DNA from: an uncultured Sphingobium sp.
Lineage (GTDB): Bacteria > Pseudomonadota > Alphaproteobacteria > Sphingomonadales > Sphingomonadaceae
Reading direction: 5' to 3'
NCBI GenBank assembly: GCA_964512265.1
Contig: CAZEHR010000014.1
Location: 23,765-87,764, forward strand
Length of the DNA stretch: 64,000 bases
Shown here: positions 9,182 through 20,178 of the stretch, one piece after another
Layout of the letters: each line of letters begins with the position of its first letter
How positions within the stretch are numbered: position 1 is the stretch's first letter
Position numbers and translations under genes: made by a program
Notes under the pieces: generated by a model
What the model was told of the DNA's origin: nothing
The model's input: only the letters and a program-made list of their open reading frames with translations
The model's database searches: none

Positions 9182-9337
9182 TATCAAGAGAAATTCCAGC
9201 TGTTTCGCAAAATTCTGTGGTTATGTTCCAGACTAAGCACACTGCTCCCTCCCCCGCTCCACCGTGCCGAAATTTCGCCACACCGAGGGGCAAGCCCTGT
9301 TGCGCCGCAGCGCGCGCACGGGTAAGGCGAACCCTTC

Positions 9338-10000
9338 ATGGACCGGCCCGTTCTCATCTCCCCCTCAATTCTCTCGGCGGATTTTGCCCGTCTGGGTGAA
9401 GAAGTGCGCGCAATCGACGCCGCCGGGGCGGACTGGGTGCATGTCGATGTGATGGACGGGCATTTCGTGCCGAACATCACGATCGGTCCGATGGTAGTGA
9501 AGGCGCTGCGCCCCCACACACAAAAATTGATGGACGTGCATCTGATGATCACGCCGGTCGATCCAATGCTTGATGCCTTTGCCGAGGCGGGAAGCGACCT
9601 GATCACCGTGCATCAGGAAGCCGGGCCGCACCTCCACCGCACCATCCAGCGGGTCAAGGCGCTGGGCAAGAAGGCCGGCGTGTCGCTCAATCCTTCCACC
9701 CCGGCAAAGATGCTCGATTATGTGCTGGAAGAGGTTGATCTGGTGCTGGTGATGAGCGTCAACCCGGGTTTTGGCGGGCAAAGCTTCATCGACAGCCAGC
9801 TGCGCAAGATCGAGGCGATCCGCAAGAGCATCGATAAACTGGGCAAGCCCATTCACCTTCAGGTGGATGGCGGGGTCGACCAGAAAACAGCGCCGCGCGT
9901 GATAGCGGCCGGGGCGGATGTGCTGGTGGCCGGCACAGCGACATTCCGTGGCGGGCCGGATGCCTATGCGGCCAATATCAAGGGGCTGCGCGGCGCATGA
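9338..10000 (+). CDS. rpe: Ribulose-phosphate 3-epimerase
   Basis: [39 protein letters not shown]. Confidence 0.97.
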   Translation: MDRPVLISPSILSADFARLGEEVRAIDAAGADWVHVDVMDGHFVPNITIGPMVVKALRPHTQKLMDVHLMITPVDPMLDAFAEAGSDLITVHQEAGPHLHRTIQRVKALGKKAGVSLNPSTPAKMLDYVLEEVDLVLVMSVNPGFGGQSFIDSQLRKIEAIRKSIDKLGKPIHLQVDGGVDQKTAPRVIAAGADVLVAGTATFRGGPDAYAANIKGLRGA

Positions 10001-11745
10001 ACGACCTGTCCAACCCCTTCTTTCAGAATGACAAGCAGGAAGCGGACGGCATCGAGACCGGCAAGCGCCTCATCCGCCTGTCGAACGACAAGGGCAGTTC
10101 GCTGGCCGAACGGGTCGCCAACCAGTTCTACCGCCTCACTTGGCGTACGCCGCTGCACAATATGCGGCTCAAGGGCAAGTATCCGCTCAAGCTGCTCGCC
10201 GCGCCGCAGGACAAGGTGGCGGGTGATGCGCGTTCTGGCAAGGCGATCCGCGCCGGGCATTTCCTGTTTCGCGGCGCGAAAATGCCGCTGGGCGAAGTCG
10301 ATTTCGCTGCGCCGATGGCCGCGCCATTGGCGGAATATCTGCATGGCTTTCGCTGGCTGCGCGATCTCGCCACCACTGCCACGCGCGAACAGGGTGCGGC
10401 GATTGCCGAGGCGATCACGCGGCGGTGGCTGGCTGCTCATGCCGAAAAGCCGAGCGAGCCTGCCTGGGCGCCGGAAAACGCGGGCTGGCGGCTAATCTTC
10501 TGGGCGTCTTATGCCCCCTATATCCTTTCCAGCAACGATCTTATCTATCGTTCGCTGGTACTGACCTCGTTTGCACGCACCGCCCGTCATCTCGATCGCA
10601 GTGCGGACAAGGCGGCCGTCGGCCTGCCGCGCCTTGTCGGCTGGGGCGGCATCGTCGCTGCGGGGCTGTTGCTGCCCGGCGGCGGCCCGCGCCGCGCTTT
10701 CGCCGAGGCGGGCCTGAAGCGGGCGCTGGAAAGCGCGCTTTACAGCGACGGCGGCATTGTCAGCCGTTCGCCCACCGATCTACTGCGTACGGTCGAGCTG
10801 CTCGGTATGCTCAACACCGCCTATGACGCGGTGCGCGAGGAGGTGCCGAGCTGGCTTACCGAGACGCTGGCGCGCACGGTGGCCGCGTTGCTTGGCATCG
10901 CCCATGGTGACGGCGGGCTAGCGAGCTGGCAAGGAGCTGGTGCGACAGAGGCCACCTATGTCGAGCGCGTGGTGCAGGCGAGTGGGGTGCGCACCCGGCC
11001 GCTACGCCAGGCGCGCGACTGGGGTTATCAGCGTATCGCCGCAGGCGCGACCGTCCTGCTCGTAGATGCCGCTCCGCCTCCCGCCACGCGCATCGCGGGT
11101 GCGGGGTGCGCCTCCACGGGTGCGTTTGAATTGAGCGACGGGCCGGACCGGCTGATCGTGAGCTGTGGCGGTGCAGACCTTTCAGGCGCGCTGATCCCGG
11201 AAGACCTGGCTCAAGGCCTGCGCACCACCGCCGCGCACAGCACGCTGATCCTCGACGAACGCAATTCCACCGCCATCCTTCCGGATGGCACTCTGGGGCG
11301 CGGCGTCACCGAGGTGGAGCTGCACCGGCAGGAGCTGGAAAACGGCAGCCGCATCGAAATCAGTCATGACGGCTATGTGCGCCGCCTGGGCTATATGCAC
11401 CGCCGCCTGTTGCTGCTGAGCAACGACGGCAAGGACGTGCGTGGCGAAGACATGCTGCTGCCTGCGCAGCGGCGCAGGAAGCCGTCGGCAGTGCCCTATG
11501 TACTGCGGTTCCACCTCGCGCCGCATGTCGACGCCTCATTGACGGCAGACGAGCAGGGCGCGCTGCTGCGCATCGACATGGCGGCGCTCTGGCAGTTCCG
11601 CTGTGGCGCGGGCAAGCTTGCTATTGAGGACAGTCTGTGGGTGGATGGCGAGGGCCGCCCGCATGCCAGCAAACAGCTGGTCGTCAACGCAGTGGCTGAG
11701 CCAGGCGGAAGCTCGCTGGGCTGGCTGCTGAAGCGGGTGGGTTAA
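9997..11745 (+). CDS. Heparinase II/III family protein
   Basis: [16 protein letters not shown] motifs; typical alphaproteobacterial rpe-hep-purH order. Confidence 0.75.
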   Translation: MNDLSNPFFQNDKQEADGIETGKRLIRLSNDKGSSLAERVANQFYRLTWRTPLHNMRLKGKYPLKLLAAPQDKVAGDARSGKAIRAGHFLFRGAKMPLGEVDFAAPMAAPLAEYLHGFRWLRDLATTATREQGAAIAEAITRRWLAAHAEKPSEPAWAPENAGWRLIFWASYAPYILSSNDLIYRSLVLTSFARTARHLDRSADKAAVGLPRLVGWGGIVAAGLLLPGGGPRRAFAEAGLKRALESALYSDGGIVSRSPTDLLRTVELLGMLNTAYDAVREEVPSWLTETLARTVAALLGIAHGDGGLASWQGAGATEATYVERVVQASGVRTRPLRQARDWGYQRIAAGATVLLVDAAPPPATRIAGAGCASTGAFELSDGPDRLIVSCGGADLSGALIPEDLAQGLRTTAAHSTLILDERNSTAILPDGTLGRGVTEVELHRQELENGSRIEISHDGYVRRLGYMHRRLLLLSNDGKDVRGEDMLLPAQRRRKPSAVPYVLRFHLAPHVDASLTADEQGALLRIDMAALWQFRCGAGKLAIEDSLWVDGEGRPHASKQLVVNAVAEPGGSSLGWLLKRVG

Positions 11746-11760
11746 CGGGGAAAATCTGAC

Positions 11761-13350
11761 ATGACTAATGTGAAGATCGGGCGGGCGCTGTTATCGGTGT
11801 CCGACAAGACGGGGCTTGTGGATCTGGGCAAGGCATTGGCCGCGCATGGAGTGGCGCTTGTGTCCACCGGCGGTACCGCAAAGGCGCTGCGGGAGGCGGG
11901 GCTGGACGTGGCGGACATTTCCGACCTCACCGGCTTTCCGGAGATGATGGACGGGCGCGTGAAGACGCTTCACCCCAAGGTGCATGGCGGGCTGCTCGCG
12001 GTGCGCGGCAATGCCGAGCATGTCGCCTCGATGACCGAGCATGCGATCAAGCCGATCGACCTTGTGGTGGTGAACCTCTATCCCTTCGCACAGACGGTGG
12101 CGAAGGGCGCAAGCCGTGACGAAATCATCGAAAATATCGATATCGGCGGCCCGTCGATGGTCCGCTCCGCCGCGAAGAATCATGAGAGCGTGACGATCGT
12201 CACCGACCCGGCCGACTATGCGCGCCTGATCGAGGAAATGGCCGCTCATGACGGCGCCACCACCTACGACTTCCGTCGGCTGTGCGCAGCCAAAGCCTAT
12301 GCCGCCACCGCCGCCTATGACGGGATGATCTCCCACTGGTTCATGACCGCCGATCAAGGCGAAAAATTCCCGCCCAGCGTGACGATGACGCGCAAGCTCG
12401 TGATGCCGCTTCGCTATGGCGAAAACCCGCATCAGCAGGCCGCGCTCTATGTTTCCAGCATGCCCCATGTTTCCGGTATCGGCCAGGCGACCCAGGTGCA
12501 GGGCAAGGAGCTGAGCTACAACAACCTCAACGACGCGAATGCCGCGCTGGAGCTTCTCGCCGAATTTCGCGATGGCCCGCCCACGGTAGTGATCGTCAAG
12601 CACGCCAACCCCTGCGGCGTCGCCACCGGCGCGACGCTGGCCGAGGCCTACAAAAATGCGTTCGAGTGTGACAGCGTTTCGGCATACGGCGGCATCATCG
12701 CCGTCAATCGCCCGCTCGATGGGCCGACTGCGGAAGCGATCAGCGGTATCTTCACAGAGGTTGTCGTCGCGCCCGGTGCCGATGACGCCGCGAAGGCAGT
12801 CTTCGCCAAGAAAAAGAACCTGCGCCTGCTGTTGACCGATGGCCTGCCCGATCCCACGCGCGGTGGCCAAAGCGTTACCGTGATTGCAGGCGGTATCCTG
12901 GTGCAGGATCGGGACAATGGCTGTGTGACGCGCGATATGCTGAAGACTGTGACCAAGCGCGCCCCGACCGAGCAGGAAATCTCCGACTGCCTGTTCGCCT
13001 GGACCGTGGCCAAGCATGTGAAATCGAACGCCATCGTCTATGCCAAGGACGGCATAACGGCTGGCATCGGCGCGGGCCAGATGAACCGCCGAGACAGCTC
13101 GCGCATTGCCGCCGCAAAGGCGAAGGAAGCGGCTGAAACCTTCGGATGGACATCCCCGCGCACTATGGGCAGCGCGGTGGCGTCAGACGCGTTCTTCCCG
13201 TTTGCGGACGGGCTGCTGGCTGCGGTCGAGGCCGGCGCCACGGCGGTGATCCAGCCGGGCGGCTCCATGCGCGACGACGAGGTGATAGCGGCGGCAGACG
13301 AGGCGGGCCTTGCGATGGTGTTCACAGGCATGCGCCACTTCCGGCATTGA
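11761..13350 (+). CDS. purH: Bifunctional AICAR formyltransferase/IMP cyclohydrolase
   Basis: [44 protein letters not shown]. Confidence 0.98.
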   Translation: MTNVKIGRALLSVSDKTGLVDLGKALAAHGVALVSTGGTAKALREAGLDVADISDLTGFPEMMDGRVKTLHPKVHGGLLAVRGNAEHVASMTEHAIKPIDLVVVNLYPFAQTVAKGASRDEIIENIDIGGPSMVRSAAKNHESVTIVTDPADYARLIEEMAAHDGATTYDFRRLCAAKAYAATAAYDGMISHWFMTADQGEKFPPSVTMTRKLVMPLRYGENPHQQAALYVSSMPHVSGIGQATQVQGKELSYNNLNDANAALELLAEFRDGPPTVVIVKHANPCGVATGATLAEAYKNAFECDSVSAYGGIIAVNRPLDGPTAEAISGIFTEVVVAPGADDAAKAVFAKKKNLRLLLTDGLPDPTRGGQSVTVIAGGILVQDRDNGCVTRDMLKTVTKRAPTEQEISDCLFAWTVAKHVKSNAIVYAKDGITAGIGAGQMNRRDSSRIAAAKAKEAAETFGWTSPRTMGSAVASDAFFPFADGLLAAVEAGATAVIQPGGSMRDDEVIAAADEAGLAMVFTGMRHFRH

Positions 13351-13469
13351 AATTCCGCTCATGCGGGCCTGCGAAACATAATTTTCTGTGCTTCAGTGCT
13401 CACGTACCTTTAAGTACGCTGCGCTCCGATGCTCGAAAATTCCGTCTCTCGGCTCCGCCTGAACGAAAT
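13351..13469. repeat. About 120-bp palindromic intergenic element, RPE1-like core
   Basis: Nested inverted repeats ATTCCGCTCATGCGG/CCGCCTGAACGAAAT, AATTTTC/GAAAATT, CGTAC/GTACG; core CTCACGTAC-N-GTACGCTGC. Confidence 0.7.
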
Positions 13470-13491
13470 GTTCCGGTCTGCTTCGTTTAAT

Positions 13492-14790
13492 CTATTTGCA
13501 GGACCAGTCTTTCACCTTGAAGTATGAGGGCGGATAGCTTTCCGCGCCGTTGAGCCAGGCCGCTTCCTTGTCGTCATAGCGATTGACATATTGCCAGACC
13601 ATCCGCCCTGCGCGGTCCACCTGGAACGCGCGGCCCGCATTGGCTTCGGTAATCAGCATGCTCCCGTCGCTGAGCATCTGGTGCAGGCCACGCTGGTTGG
13701 TGAAGAAATGCTGGTCCTTGCGCCCGCCGAAGATGGTCTGCGTTTCGCCGGTTGCAGGGTCGATGGCGATGATGCGGCTGCCCCCGAAACGAGTGCCGTC
13801 CGCCGTGCCGTCCGGGTGATTGTCGAACACCGTAATGCGCCCATCGGTGCCCCAGTCCGGGTCATGCTGGCGGATCCACGGGCCGACGCGGTGCCACTTG
13901 ATCCGTTCCATCTTCGCGTCGGTTACGAGGATCATGTTGAGGTTGCGGATCGAGACGAGCAGATCGCCCGGCGTGAACATCGGGAAGGCATGCGCCAGCG
14001 AGGCAGGCAGCTCCTCGATCTCGTTCAGGTGAAACTCGCCATTGGTCTTGGGGTTGTCGTCCGAGTGCGAGGTCAACGCCGAGAGCATGCCGCTGCGCGC
14101 AAACAGATCGGTGATCGCGCGCTGCCTGATGAGCTTGCCACTGGCGTCATAGACGCGGATTGCATCTTCCCAATAAGGTTCGGTGAATGGCCACTGTTTG
14201 GGCCTTTCGACATAGTCGCTTCCGCCGATGACGATGTGCCCATCCGCCAGTAGATTGGGTGAATGGTGGGTGTTCTCGCGCGTCGCCCAGATCTTTTTGC
14301 CGCAACGGTCGAGCTTGACCATCCCGCAGGATTCGAAAGCGAACAGCACCGATCCGTCCTGGTCGATCAGCACATTATGTGCGGCGCTGTTCCAGTTGGT
14401 CTGCGGCACGTTGCGGCACTGCCCGGCGCTGGGCAGCTGCTCCAGCGGTAACAGGTTCCAGCGCGCCAGCACGGTCCCGTCGCGCCGCATCAGCTGGGCG
14501 TGTTGATCATCGCCGATAAAGCCGGACAGCAGAATGAGATCGTCGCCCGGCGCCTTGTTCACCGTCACGCCCTTGCCCGGATAGCGCGCTGGGACGAGGA
14601 AATGGCTCGGCCGCTTGTGGGTAAGATTGGGCAGTTCCTCGATGAGGATCTTCGCGTCATCATACACGCCGAAGGCCGCCTGCGCGACCGCGTTGTCACT
14701 CCTTGCCGAAAACAGCCCCGCACCGAAAATCACGGCGACCGCCCCCGTCACTGCGCTGGCGTAAAACGCCGCGCGGGAAATATCGACCAT
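13492..14790 (-). CDS. Arylsulfotransferase (ASST)-family periplasmic protein
   Basis: N-terminal TM/signal; HHS, FHLNEIE, LLVSIRNLNMI, WIRQHDP, ITVFDN, MLITEANAGRAF motifs; start MVDISR inferred. Confidence 0.75.
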   Translation of the reverse strand: MVDISRAAFYASAVTGAVAVIFGAGLFSARSDNAVAQAAFGVYDDAKILIEELPNLTHKRPSHFLVPARYPGKGVTVNKAPGDDLILLSGFIGDDQHAQLMRRDGTVLARWNLLPLEQLPSAGQCRNVPQTNWNSAAHNVLIDQDGSVLFAFESCGMVKLDRCGKKIWATRENTHHSPNLLADGHIVIGGSDYVERPKQWPFTEPYWEDAIRVYDASGKLIRQRAITDLFARSGMLSALTSHSDDNPKTNGEFHLNEIEELPASLAHAFPMFTPGDLLVSIRNLNMILVTDAKMERIKWHRVGPWIRQHDPDWGTDGRITVFDNHPDGTADGTRFGGSRIIAIDPATGETQTIFGGRKDQHFFTNQRGLHQMLSDGSMLITEANAGRAFQVDRAGRMVWQYVNRYDDKEAAWLNGAESYPPSYFKVKDWSCK

Positions 14791-14931
14791 AAATACAGCC
14801 CCCATGCATGCCGGTCTTGTGCCCGCCTTCTGGCCGTCCCCGCCGACAGGGGATGATCGGAGATAGGGCTGATCCTGTTCATAGGTGTAAAGCGGCTCAA
14901 TGGTTGGGGCAAGTGTGCTAACCATCTCCTG

Positions 14932-14940
14932 TGGATAAGT
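14932..14940 (-). promoter_or_regulatory. Perfect DnaA box upstream of dnaE
   Basis: TGTGGATAA on + strand = TTATCCACA, 48 bp before the inferred dnaE ATG. Confidence 0.65.
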
Positions 14941-14988
14941 GCCGTAGCAGCCTTGCCCGATCGGGGAGCGTCCACTAGCTTCGCACCT

Positions 14989-17900
14989 ATGCCCGCTGCG
15001 CCTGCCCACGCCCCGTTCGTCCCGCTGCGCATCTTTTCCAGCTATACGATGCTCGATGGCGCGATCGAACCTAAGATCATCGCCAAGCAGGCGAAGAAAC
15101 TTGGCTTTCCTGCCGCAGCCCTGACCGATCGCAACGGGCTTTACGCAGCGATGGCCTTTTCCGACGCCTGCAAGGGTGACGGGGTGCAGCCGATCATCGG
15201 CACGATGCTGTGCGTGGCGCGGCCGGGCCGCCCGCCGGGAGCCGCGCCAGTGTACGACTGGCTGGCGCTCTATGCGCAGGGTACGAAAGGCTATGACAAT
15301 CTTTGCGCTCTCGTCTCGATGGCGCATCTCGACCGGCCGATCGAGGAACAGGCGCATGTCGGCCTCGAGGCGCTGGCGGGATTGACCGACGATCTTCTGT
15401 GCCTCACCGCCGGCGGGGAGGGGGCGCTGGCGCGGCTCTACGCAGAGGATCAGGCGCAGGCCGCCGAGGAATATTGCACGGCGCTCGAAGGACTGTTTCC
15501 CGGCAAGCTTTACATCGAAATCTGCCGCCGGTCAGACGCGGTGGAGGACCGGGCCGAGGCGCAGCTTATCGACCTTGCCTATGCGCGCAATCTGCCACTC
15601 GTCGCCACCAACCCCACCTGCTACGCCGAGCCGGATTTCCACGAGGCGCATGATGTGATGCTCTGCATCGCGGAGGGCGCCTATGTGGAAAGCGCGGACC
15701 GGCGCAGGTCATCCGCCGACGCATGGATGAAGCCCGCGCAGGAGATGCAGCGCCTGTTCGAGGATCTGCCCGAGGCGCTCGCCAATACACTGGTAGTCGC
15801 CCAGCGCTGCGCCGTGATGGCACCCAAGCGCAAGCCGATCCTCCCCAGCCTCGCGGGCGATATCGAGGGCGAGGCGCAGATGCTGCGCGAGATGGCGACG
15901 GCGGGGCTGGAGGCGCGACTGGAGAAGATTGCGGCTCAGTCCCCCTCCCGTTTACGGGAGGGGTTAGGGGTGGGCGAATCCGAACTACCCTCGACACCCA
16001 CCCCTCAGCCCCCTCCCGCAGGCGGTAGGGGGGGCGACTGGCGCCAGCCTTATCTCGAAAGACTCGAGTTCGAACTTTCCATCATCATCCAGATGGGCTT
16101 TCCCGGCTATTTCCTGATCGTCGCGGACTTCATCCAGTGGGCAAAGGCGAACAACATACCCGTGGGGCCGGGGCGCGGCTCGGGCGCGGGCAGCGTCGTT
16201 GCATGGGCGCTTACCATTACCGATCTCGATCCGCTGGAGCTCGGCCTGCTGTTCGAACGCTTCCTCAACCCCGAGCGCGTGTCGATGCCGGACTTTGATA
16301 TCGACTTCTGCGAAACGCGGCGCGGCGAAGTGATCCGCTATGTCCAGCAGAAATATGGCGCGGACCATGTGGCGCAGATCATCACCTTCGGAAAGCTCAA
16401 AGCCCGCGCCGTGCTGAAGGACACCGGCCGCGTGCTGCAAATGAGCTATGGCCAGGTGGATCGTCTCGCCAAGCTGGTGCCCAATCACCCGACCGATCCA
16501 TGGACGCTCGAGCGCACGATGAACGGCAGCCAGGAGTTCGTGGCCGAGGTGAAGGCGGACCGGCAGGTCAAACGCCTCGTCGACCTCGCGATGCAGCTGG
16601 AAGGCCTGCCGCGCCACAGCTCCACGCACGCGGCGGGCGTGGTGATCGGCGACCGGCCGCTGAGCCAGCTCGTGCCGCTTTATCGCGATCCGCGCTCTGA
16701 TATGCCGGTGACGCAGTTCGACATGAAATATGTCGAGGCGGCGGGGCTGGTAAAGTTCGACTTTCTGGGCTTGAAGACGCTTTCGGTGCTTCAGCGCGCG
16801 GTGGAGCTGCTGGCCAGGCGCGGGGTGGTGGTCGCTCTCGCCGCCCTGCCCTGGGATGACGAGGCGGTCTATGACCTGCTCCAGCGCGGCGATACGGTGG
16901 GTGTGTTCCAGCTCGAATCGGAGGGCATGAGGAAGACGCTCGCCGCCGTGAAACCCACCAATTTTGGTGACATCATCGCGCTCGTCTCGCTCTATCGCCC
17001 CGGCCCGATGGACAATATCCCCATGTTCGGCCGACGCAAAAACGGCGCGGAGACGATCGAATATCCGCATGCGCTGCTGGAGCCGATCCTCAAGGAAACA
17101 TACGGCATCTTCGTCTATCAGGAGCAGGTGATGCAGGCCGCGCAGATCCTCGCCGGCTATTCGCTGGGCGACGCGGACCTGCTGCGTCGCGCGATGGGCA
17201 AGAAGATCAAGGCGGAGATGGACGCGCAGCGCGACCGCTTCGTCAAGGGTTGTGCCGAGGCGTCGCAGATCCCCAAGGCCAAGGCGAACGAGCTGTTCGA
17301 CTTGATCGACAAGTTCGCGGGCTACGGCTTCAACAAGAGTCACGCGGCGGCCTATGCGCTGCTCGCCTATCATACCGCCTGGCTCAAGGCGCATCACCCG
17401 GCGGAATTCTACGCCGCATCGATGGCTTACGATATCCACCTTACCGACAAGCTGACGGTGTTCGTGGATGACATGCGGCGCACCGGCCTGGCGTGCCTGC
17501 CGCCGGACATTAACCGGGCGGAGGCGGACTTCACGGTCGAACCGGTGGAGGCGCAAGGCGACGACCCGCGCCTGGCCCATGGCGTGCGCTACGCGCTGGG
17601 CGGCCTCAAGGGCGTAGGCGAAAAGGCGATGGAGCAGCTGGTAGAGGAGCGGGAGCGCAACGGCCCGTTCCTCAGCCTCGATGATTTCGCGGACCGGATC
17701 GAGCCGCGCCTGCTCAACCGCCGCCAGCTTGAAAGTCTGGCCGCTGCCGGAGCGTTCGATGGCATTCATGCCGACCGCGCCGGGGTTCATGCCGCCGCAG
17801 AAACCATCCTTTCGGTCGCTGCCAGCGCGCAGGAGGCGCGGGTCAGCGGGCAGGGCGGCCTGTTCGGCGGCGAGGACACGCCGCACGCGGAGGTGCGCGT

Positions 17901-18594
17901 GCCGCCGCACGAACCTTGGCCCACCGCCACGCGCATGGCGCAGGAGAAGGAGGCGTTCGGCTTTTATTTCTCCGCGCATCCGGTCGATCGCTACGCACAT
18001 ATCGCGCAGGCGCGCGGCGCGCGCAGCTTCGGCGCGATCTGCGCTCAGCCCCCCGCCGCCAACAGCGAAGGCCGCGCCACGTCGATGATGGCCGCTCTGG
18101 TCGAGGATGTGCGCTGGCGCGAGACCAAGCGCGGCGCCCGCTATGTCTCCGCCACGTTTTCGGACAGCAGCGGTCAGTTTCAGGCCAGCTGCTTCGATGA
18201 GGCGAGCTGCAAGAAGATCGCCGATCTCGCGGAAGCGGGGGAGTGCGCGCTGCTGAATGTCGAGCTGGAGCGCATGCCGGGCGAAGAGGTACCGCGCGTC
18301 ACCGTGCGCGGCGCGCAGTCGCTGGCGTCAGCAGCAAGTGGGATGCGCCTCGAACTGTGGATCGATGTTGAAGAGCCGACCCCCGTCGCGCAGATCGCGC
18401 AGATCCTTTCCGGCTGCCGGGGCGGTCGCGGGGAGGTGCGCATCCGGGCGCGCGATGCCCAAGGCAGGATTGCGAGCCTGCGATTGGGCCGGGATTTCCA
18501 GATCGATGCCGAAACCATCGAGCGGCTGCGCGCGCTGCCCGGCGTGGCCGGAGCCCAGATGCCCGCGCGCGAGCCGTTGCGGCTGGTGGGCTAG
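14989..18594 (+). CDS. dnaE: DNA polymerase III alpha subunit, carrying an in-frame repeat-derived insertion
   Basis: PHP domain, GPGRGSGAGS, ERVSMPDFDIDF, KFDFLGLKTL, YGFNKSHAAAY. Confidence 0.98.
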   Translation: MPAAPAHAPFVPLRIFSSYTMLDGAIEPKIIAKQAKKLGFPAAALTDRNGLYAAMAFSDACKGDGVQPIIGTMLCVARPGRPPGAAPVYDWLALYAQGTKGYDNLCALVSMAHLDRPIEEQAHVGLEALAGLTDDLLCLTAGGEGALARLYAEDQAQAAEEYCTALEGLFPGKLYIEICRRSDAVEDRAEAQLIDLAYARNLPLVATNPTCYAEPDFHEAHDVMLCIAEGAYVESADRRRSSADAWMKPAQEMQRLFEDLPEALANTLVVAQRCAVMAPKRKPILPSLAGDIEGEAQMLREMATAGLEARLEKIAAQSPSRLREGLGVGESELPSTPTPQPPPAGGRGGDWRQPYLERLEFELSIIIQMGFPGYFLIVADFIQWAKANNIPVGPGRGSGAGSVVAWALTITDLDPLELGLLFERFLNPERVSMPDFDIDFCETRRGEVIRYVQQKYGADHVAQIITFGKLKARAVLKDTGRVLQMSYGQVDRLAKLVPNHPTDPWTLERTMNGSQEFVAEVKADRQVKRLVDLAMQLEGLPRHSSTHAAGVVIGDRPLSQLVPLYRDPRSDMPVTQFDMKYVEAAGLVKFDFLGLKTLSVLQRAVELLARRGVVVALAALPWDDEAVYDLLQRGDTVGVFQLESEGMRKTLAAVKPTNFGDIIALVSLYRPGPMDNIPMFGRRKNGAETIEYPHALLEPILKETYGIFVYQEQVMQAAQILAGYSLGDADLLRRAMGKKIKAEMDAQRDRFVKGCAEASQIPKAKANELFDLIDKFAGYGFNKSHAAAYALLAYHTAWLKAHHPAEFYAASMAYDIHLTDKLTVFVDDMRRTGLACLPPDINRAEADFTVEPVEAQGDDPRLAHGVRYALGGLKGVGEKAMEQLVEERERNGPFLSLDDFADRIEPRLLNRRQLESLAAAGAFDGIHADRAGVHAAAETILSVAASAQEARVSGQGGLFGGEDTPHAEVRVPPHEPWPTATRMAQEKEAFGFYFSAHPVDRYAHIAQARGARSFGAICAQPPAANSEGRATSMMAALVEDVRWRETKRGARYVSATFSDSSGQFQASCFDEASCKKIADLAEAGECALLNVELERMPGEEVPRVTVRGAQSLASAASGMRLELWIDVEEPTPVAQIAQILSGCRGGRGEVRIRARDAQGRIASLRLGRDFQIDAETIERLRALPGVAGAQMPAREPLRLVG
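15940..16035. repeat. CIR/RPE-like palindromic element inside dnaE
   Basis: Two GC-rich hairpins (CCCCTCCCGT-TT-ACGGGAGGGG and CCCCTCCCGC-AG-GCGGTAGGGG) forming a large inverted repeat around a spacer containing GAATC. Confidence 0.8.
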
Positions 18595-18595
18595 G

Positions 18596-19282
18596 CTACT
18601 TCTTAAAGCCGAACAGCTTCGCCTTCTCTTCCTCGGTCTGCGGCTCGCCAGCGGGATAGAGCGCGTCTTTCTCGGCATAAACCTTCGCCACCGCCGGGCG
18701 CGCCTGAATGGCGGTGAACCAGCGCTTCACATTCGGGAAGTCATCAAGATTTTGCTTCTGGTTCTCGTGCGGCACGATCCACGGGTAAATCGCCATGTCG
18801 GCAATCGAATAAACCCCCGCGACATAGTCCTGATCCGCCAATTGCCGGTCGAGCACGCCATAGAGCCGCGCGGTCTCGTTGACATAGCGGTTGATGGCGT
18901 ATTCGATCTTCTCGGGCGCATACATGTTGAAATGATGGTTCTGCCCCGCCATCGGCCCCAGCCCGCCCATTTGCCAGAACAACCATTGCAGCACGTCCAT
19001 CGTGGCGCGCGGGTCTGCGGGTAGGAACTTCTCATATTTGCGCGCGAGGTAGAACAGGATCGCCCCGCTCTCGAATACGGTGATCGGCTCGCCCCCGCCC
19101 GGCGGATCGAGATCGCGGATCGCCGGGATGCGGTTGTTGGGGGAAAAGGAGAGGAAATGAGGATCGAACTGCTGCCCCTTGCCTATGTTGACGGGGAAGA
19201 CCTTGTGCTCAACGCCAGCCTCCTCGAGAAAGATGGAGACCTTGAGGCCGTTGGGCGTGGGCCAGCTATGCAGTTCGATCAT
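18596..19282 (-). CDS. Glutathione S-transferase / disulfide oxidoreductase (YfcG-like)
   Basis: WPTPNGLKV, SPNNRIPAI, FESGAIL, WQMGGLGPMAGQ. Confidence 0.9.
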   Translation of the reverse strand: MIELHSWPTPNGLKVSIFLEEAGVEHKVFPVNIGKGQQFDPHFLSFSPNNRIPAIRDLDPPGGGEPITVFESGAILFYLARKYEKFLPADPRATMDVLQWLFWQMGGLGPMAGQNHHFNMYAPEKIEYAINRYVNETARLYGVLDRQLADQDYVAGVYSIADMAIYPWIVPHENQKQNLDDFPNVKRWFTAIQARPAVAKVYAEKDALYPAGEPQTEEEKAKLFGFKK

Positions 19283-19320
19283 GGGGTTATCCTTTCGGTG
19301 TGAGATATGGGGGCCGCCGG

Positions 19321-20178
19321 TCATCCGCGGAAGACGACTGTGCGGTTGCCATTGAGGAACACGCGATCGTCCAAATGGAGCCGCACGGCTTCAGAAAGCA
19401 CGCGCCGCTCGATATCCCGGCCCTTGCGTACCAGCTCCTCCGGCGTGTCGGCATGGCTGATCGCTTCAACATCCTGGTGGATGATCGGCCCCTCATCGAG
19501 ATCCGCCGTCACATAATGCGCGGTCGCGCCGATCATCTTCACGCCCCGCGCGTGGGCCTGATGATAGGGCTTGGCTCCCTTGAAGCCGGGCAGGAAGCTG
19601 TGATGAATGTTGATGCACCGGCCCGAGAGGAAGGCGGCCATCTCATCCGACAATATCTGCATATAGCGCGCCAGCACGACGAGGTCCGCACCCGTGTGCT
19701 CAACGAGGTTGCGGATCTGCTCTTCTTGCTGCGGCTTGCTGTCCTGCGTCACGGGCAGGTGGTGAAACGGCAGGCCGTCGGTCATGCTGGCCATCAGCGC
19801 GCTGCGCGGGTGGTTGGAGGCGAGGCCAACGATATCCATCTTCAGTTCGCCAATCCGGTGGCGGTAGACCAGGTCACTGAGGCAGTGGTCAAACTTCGAG
19901 ACGAGGATCAGCACTTTGGGCGCGTCCTCCGCAGCGCGTAAACGCCAATCCAGTCCCAGCTCGGTTGCGACGTTCCGAAATTCGTGCCTCAGCGGTCTAA
20001 GGCTGCCCTTGGGCGCGCTGAACTCCACCCGCATGAAGAAGCGGGTGTTGAGGGCATCGTCGAACTGCTGCGCTTCAAGGATGTTGCATCCGTTATCGGC
20101 CAGAAACCCAGCGACCCGCGCCACTAGGCCGGGTCGGTCAGCACAGGAGAGACTGAGGATAAGCTGGTCGTCAGGCAT
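19321..20178 (-). CDS. purU: Formyltetrahydrofolate deformylase
   Basis: ACT domain [10 protein letters not shown]; [29 protein letters not shown]. Confidence 0.97.
   Translation of the reverse strand: MPDDQLILSLSCADRPGLVARVAGFLADNGCNILEAQQFDDALNTRFFMRVEFSAPKGSLRPLRHEFRNVATELGLDWRLRAAEDAPKVLILVSKFDHCLSDLVYRHRIGELKMDIVGLASNHPRSALMASMTDGLPFHHLPVTQDSKPQQEEQIRNLVEHTGADLVVLARYMQILSDEMAAFLSGRCINIHHSFLPGFKGAKPYHQAHARGVKMIGATAHYVTADLDEGPIIHQDVEAISHADTPEELVRKGRDIERRVLSEAVRLHLDDRVFLNGNRTVVFRG

Noticed and set aside
11791-13017. 408-aa minus-strand ORF
   Set aside because: Antisense shadow of purH
14791-15357. Apparent N-terminal extension of the arylsulfotransferase ORF
   Set aside because: Overlaps dnaE on the opposite strand; the signal-like segment starts near 14790
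15985-18000. 671-aa minus-strand ORF
   Set aside because: Antisense shadow of dnaE in high-GC DNA; no recognisable motifs
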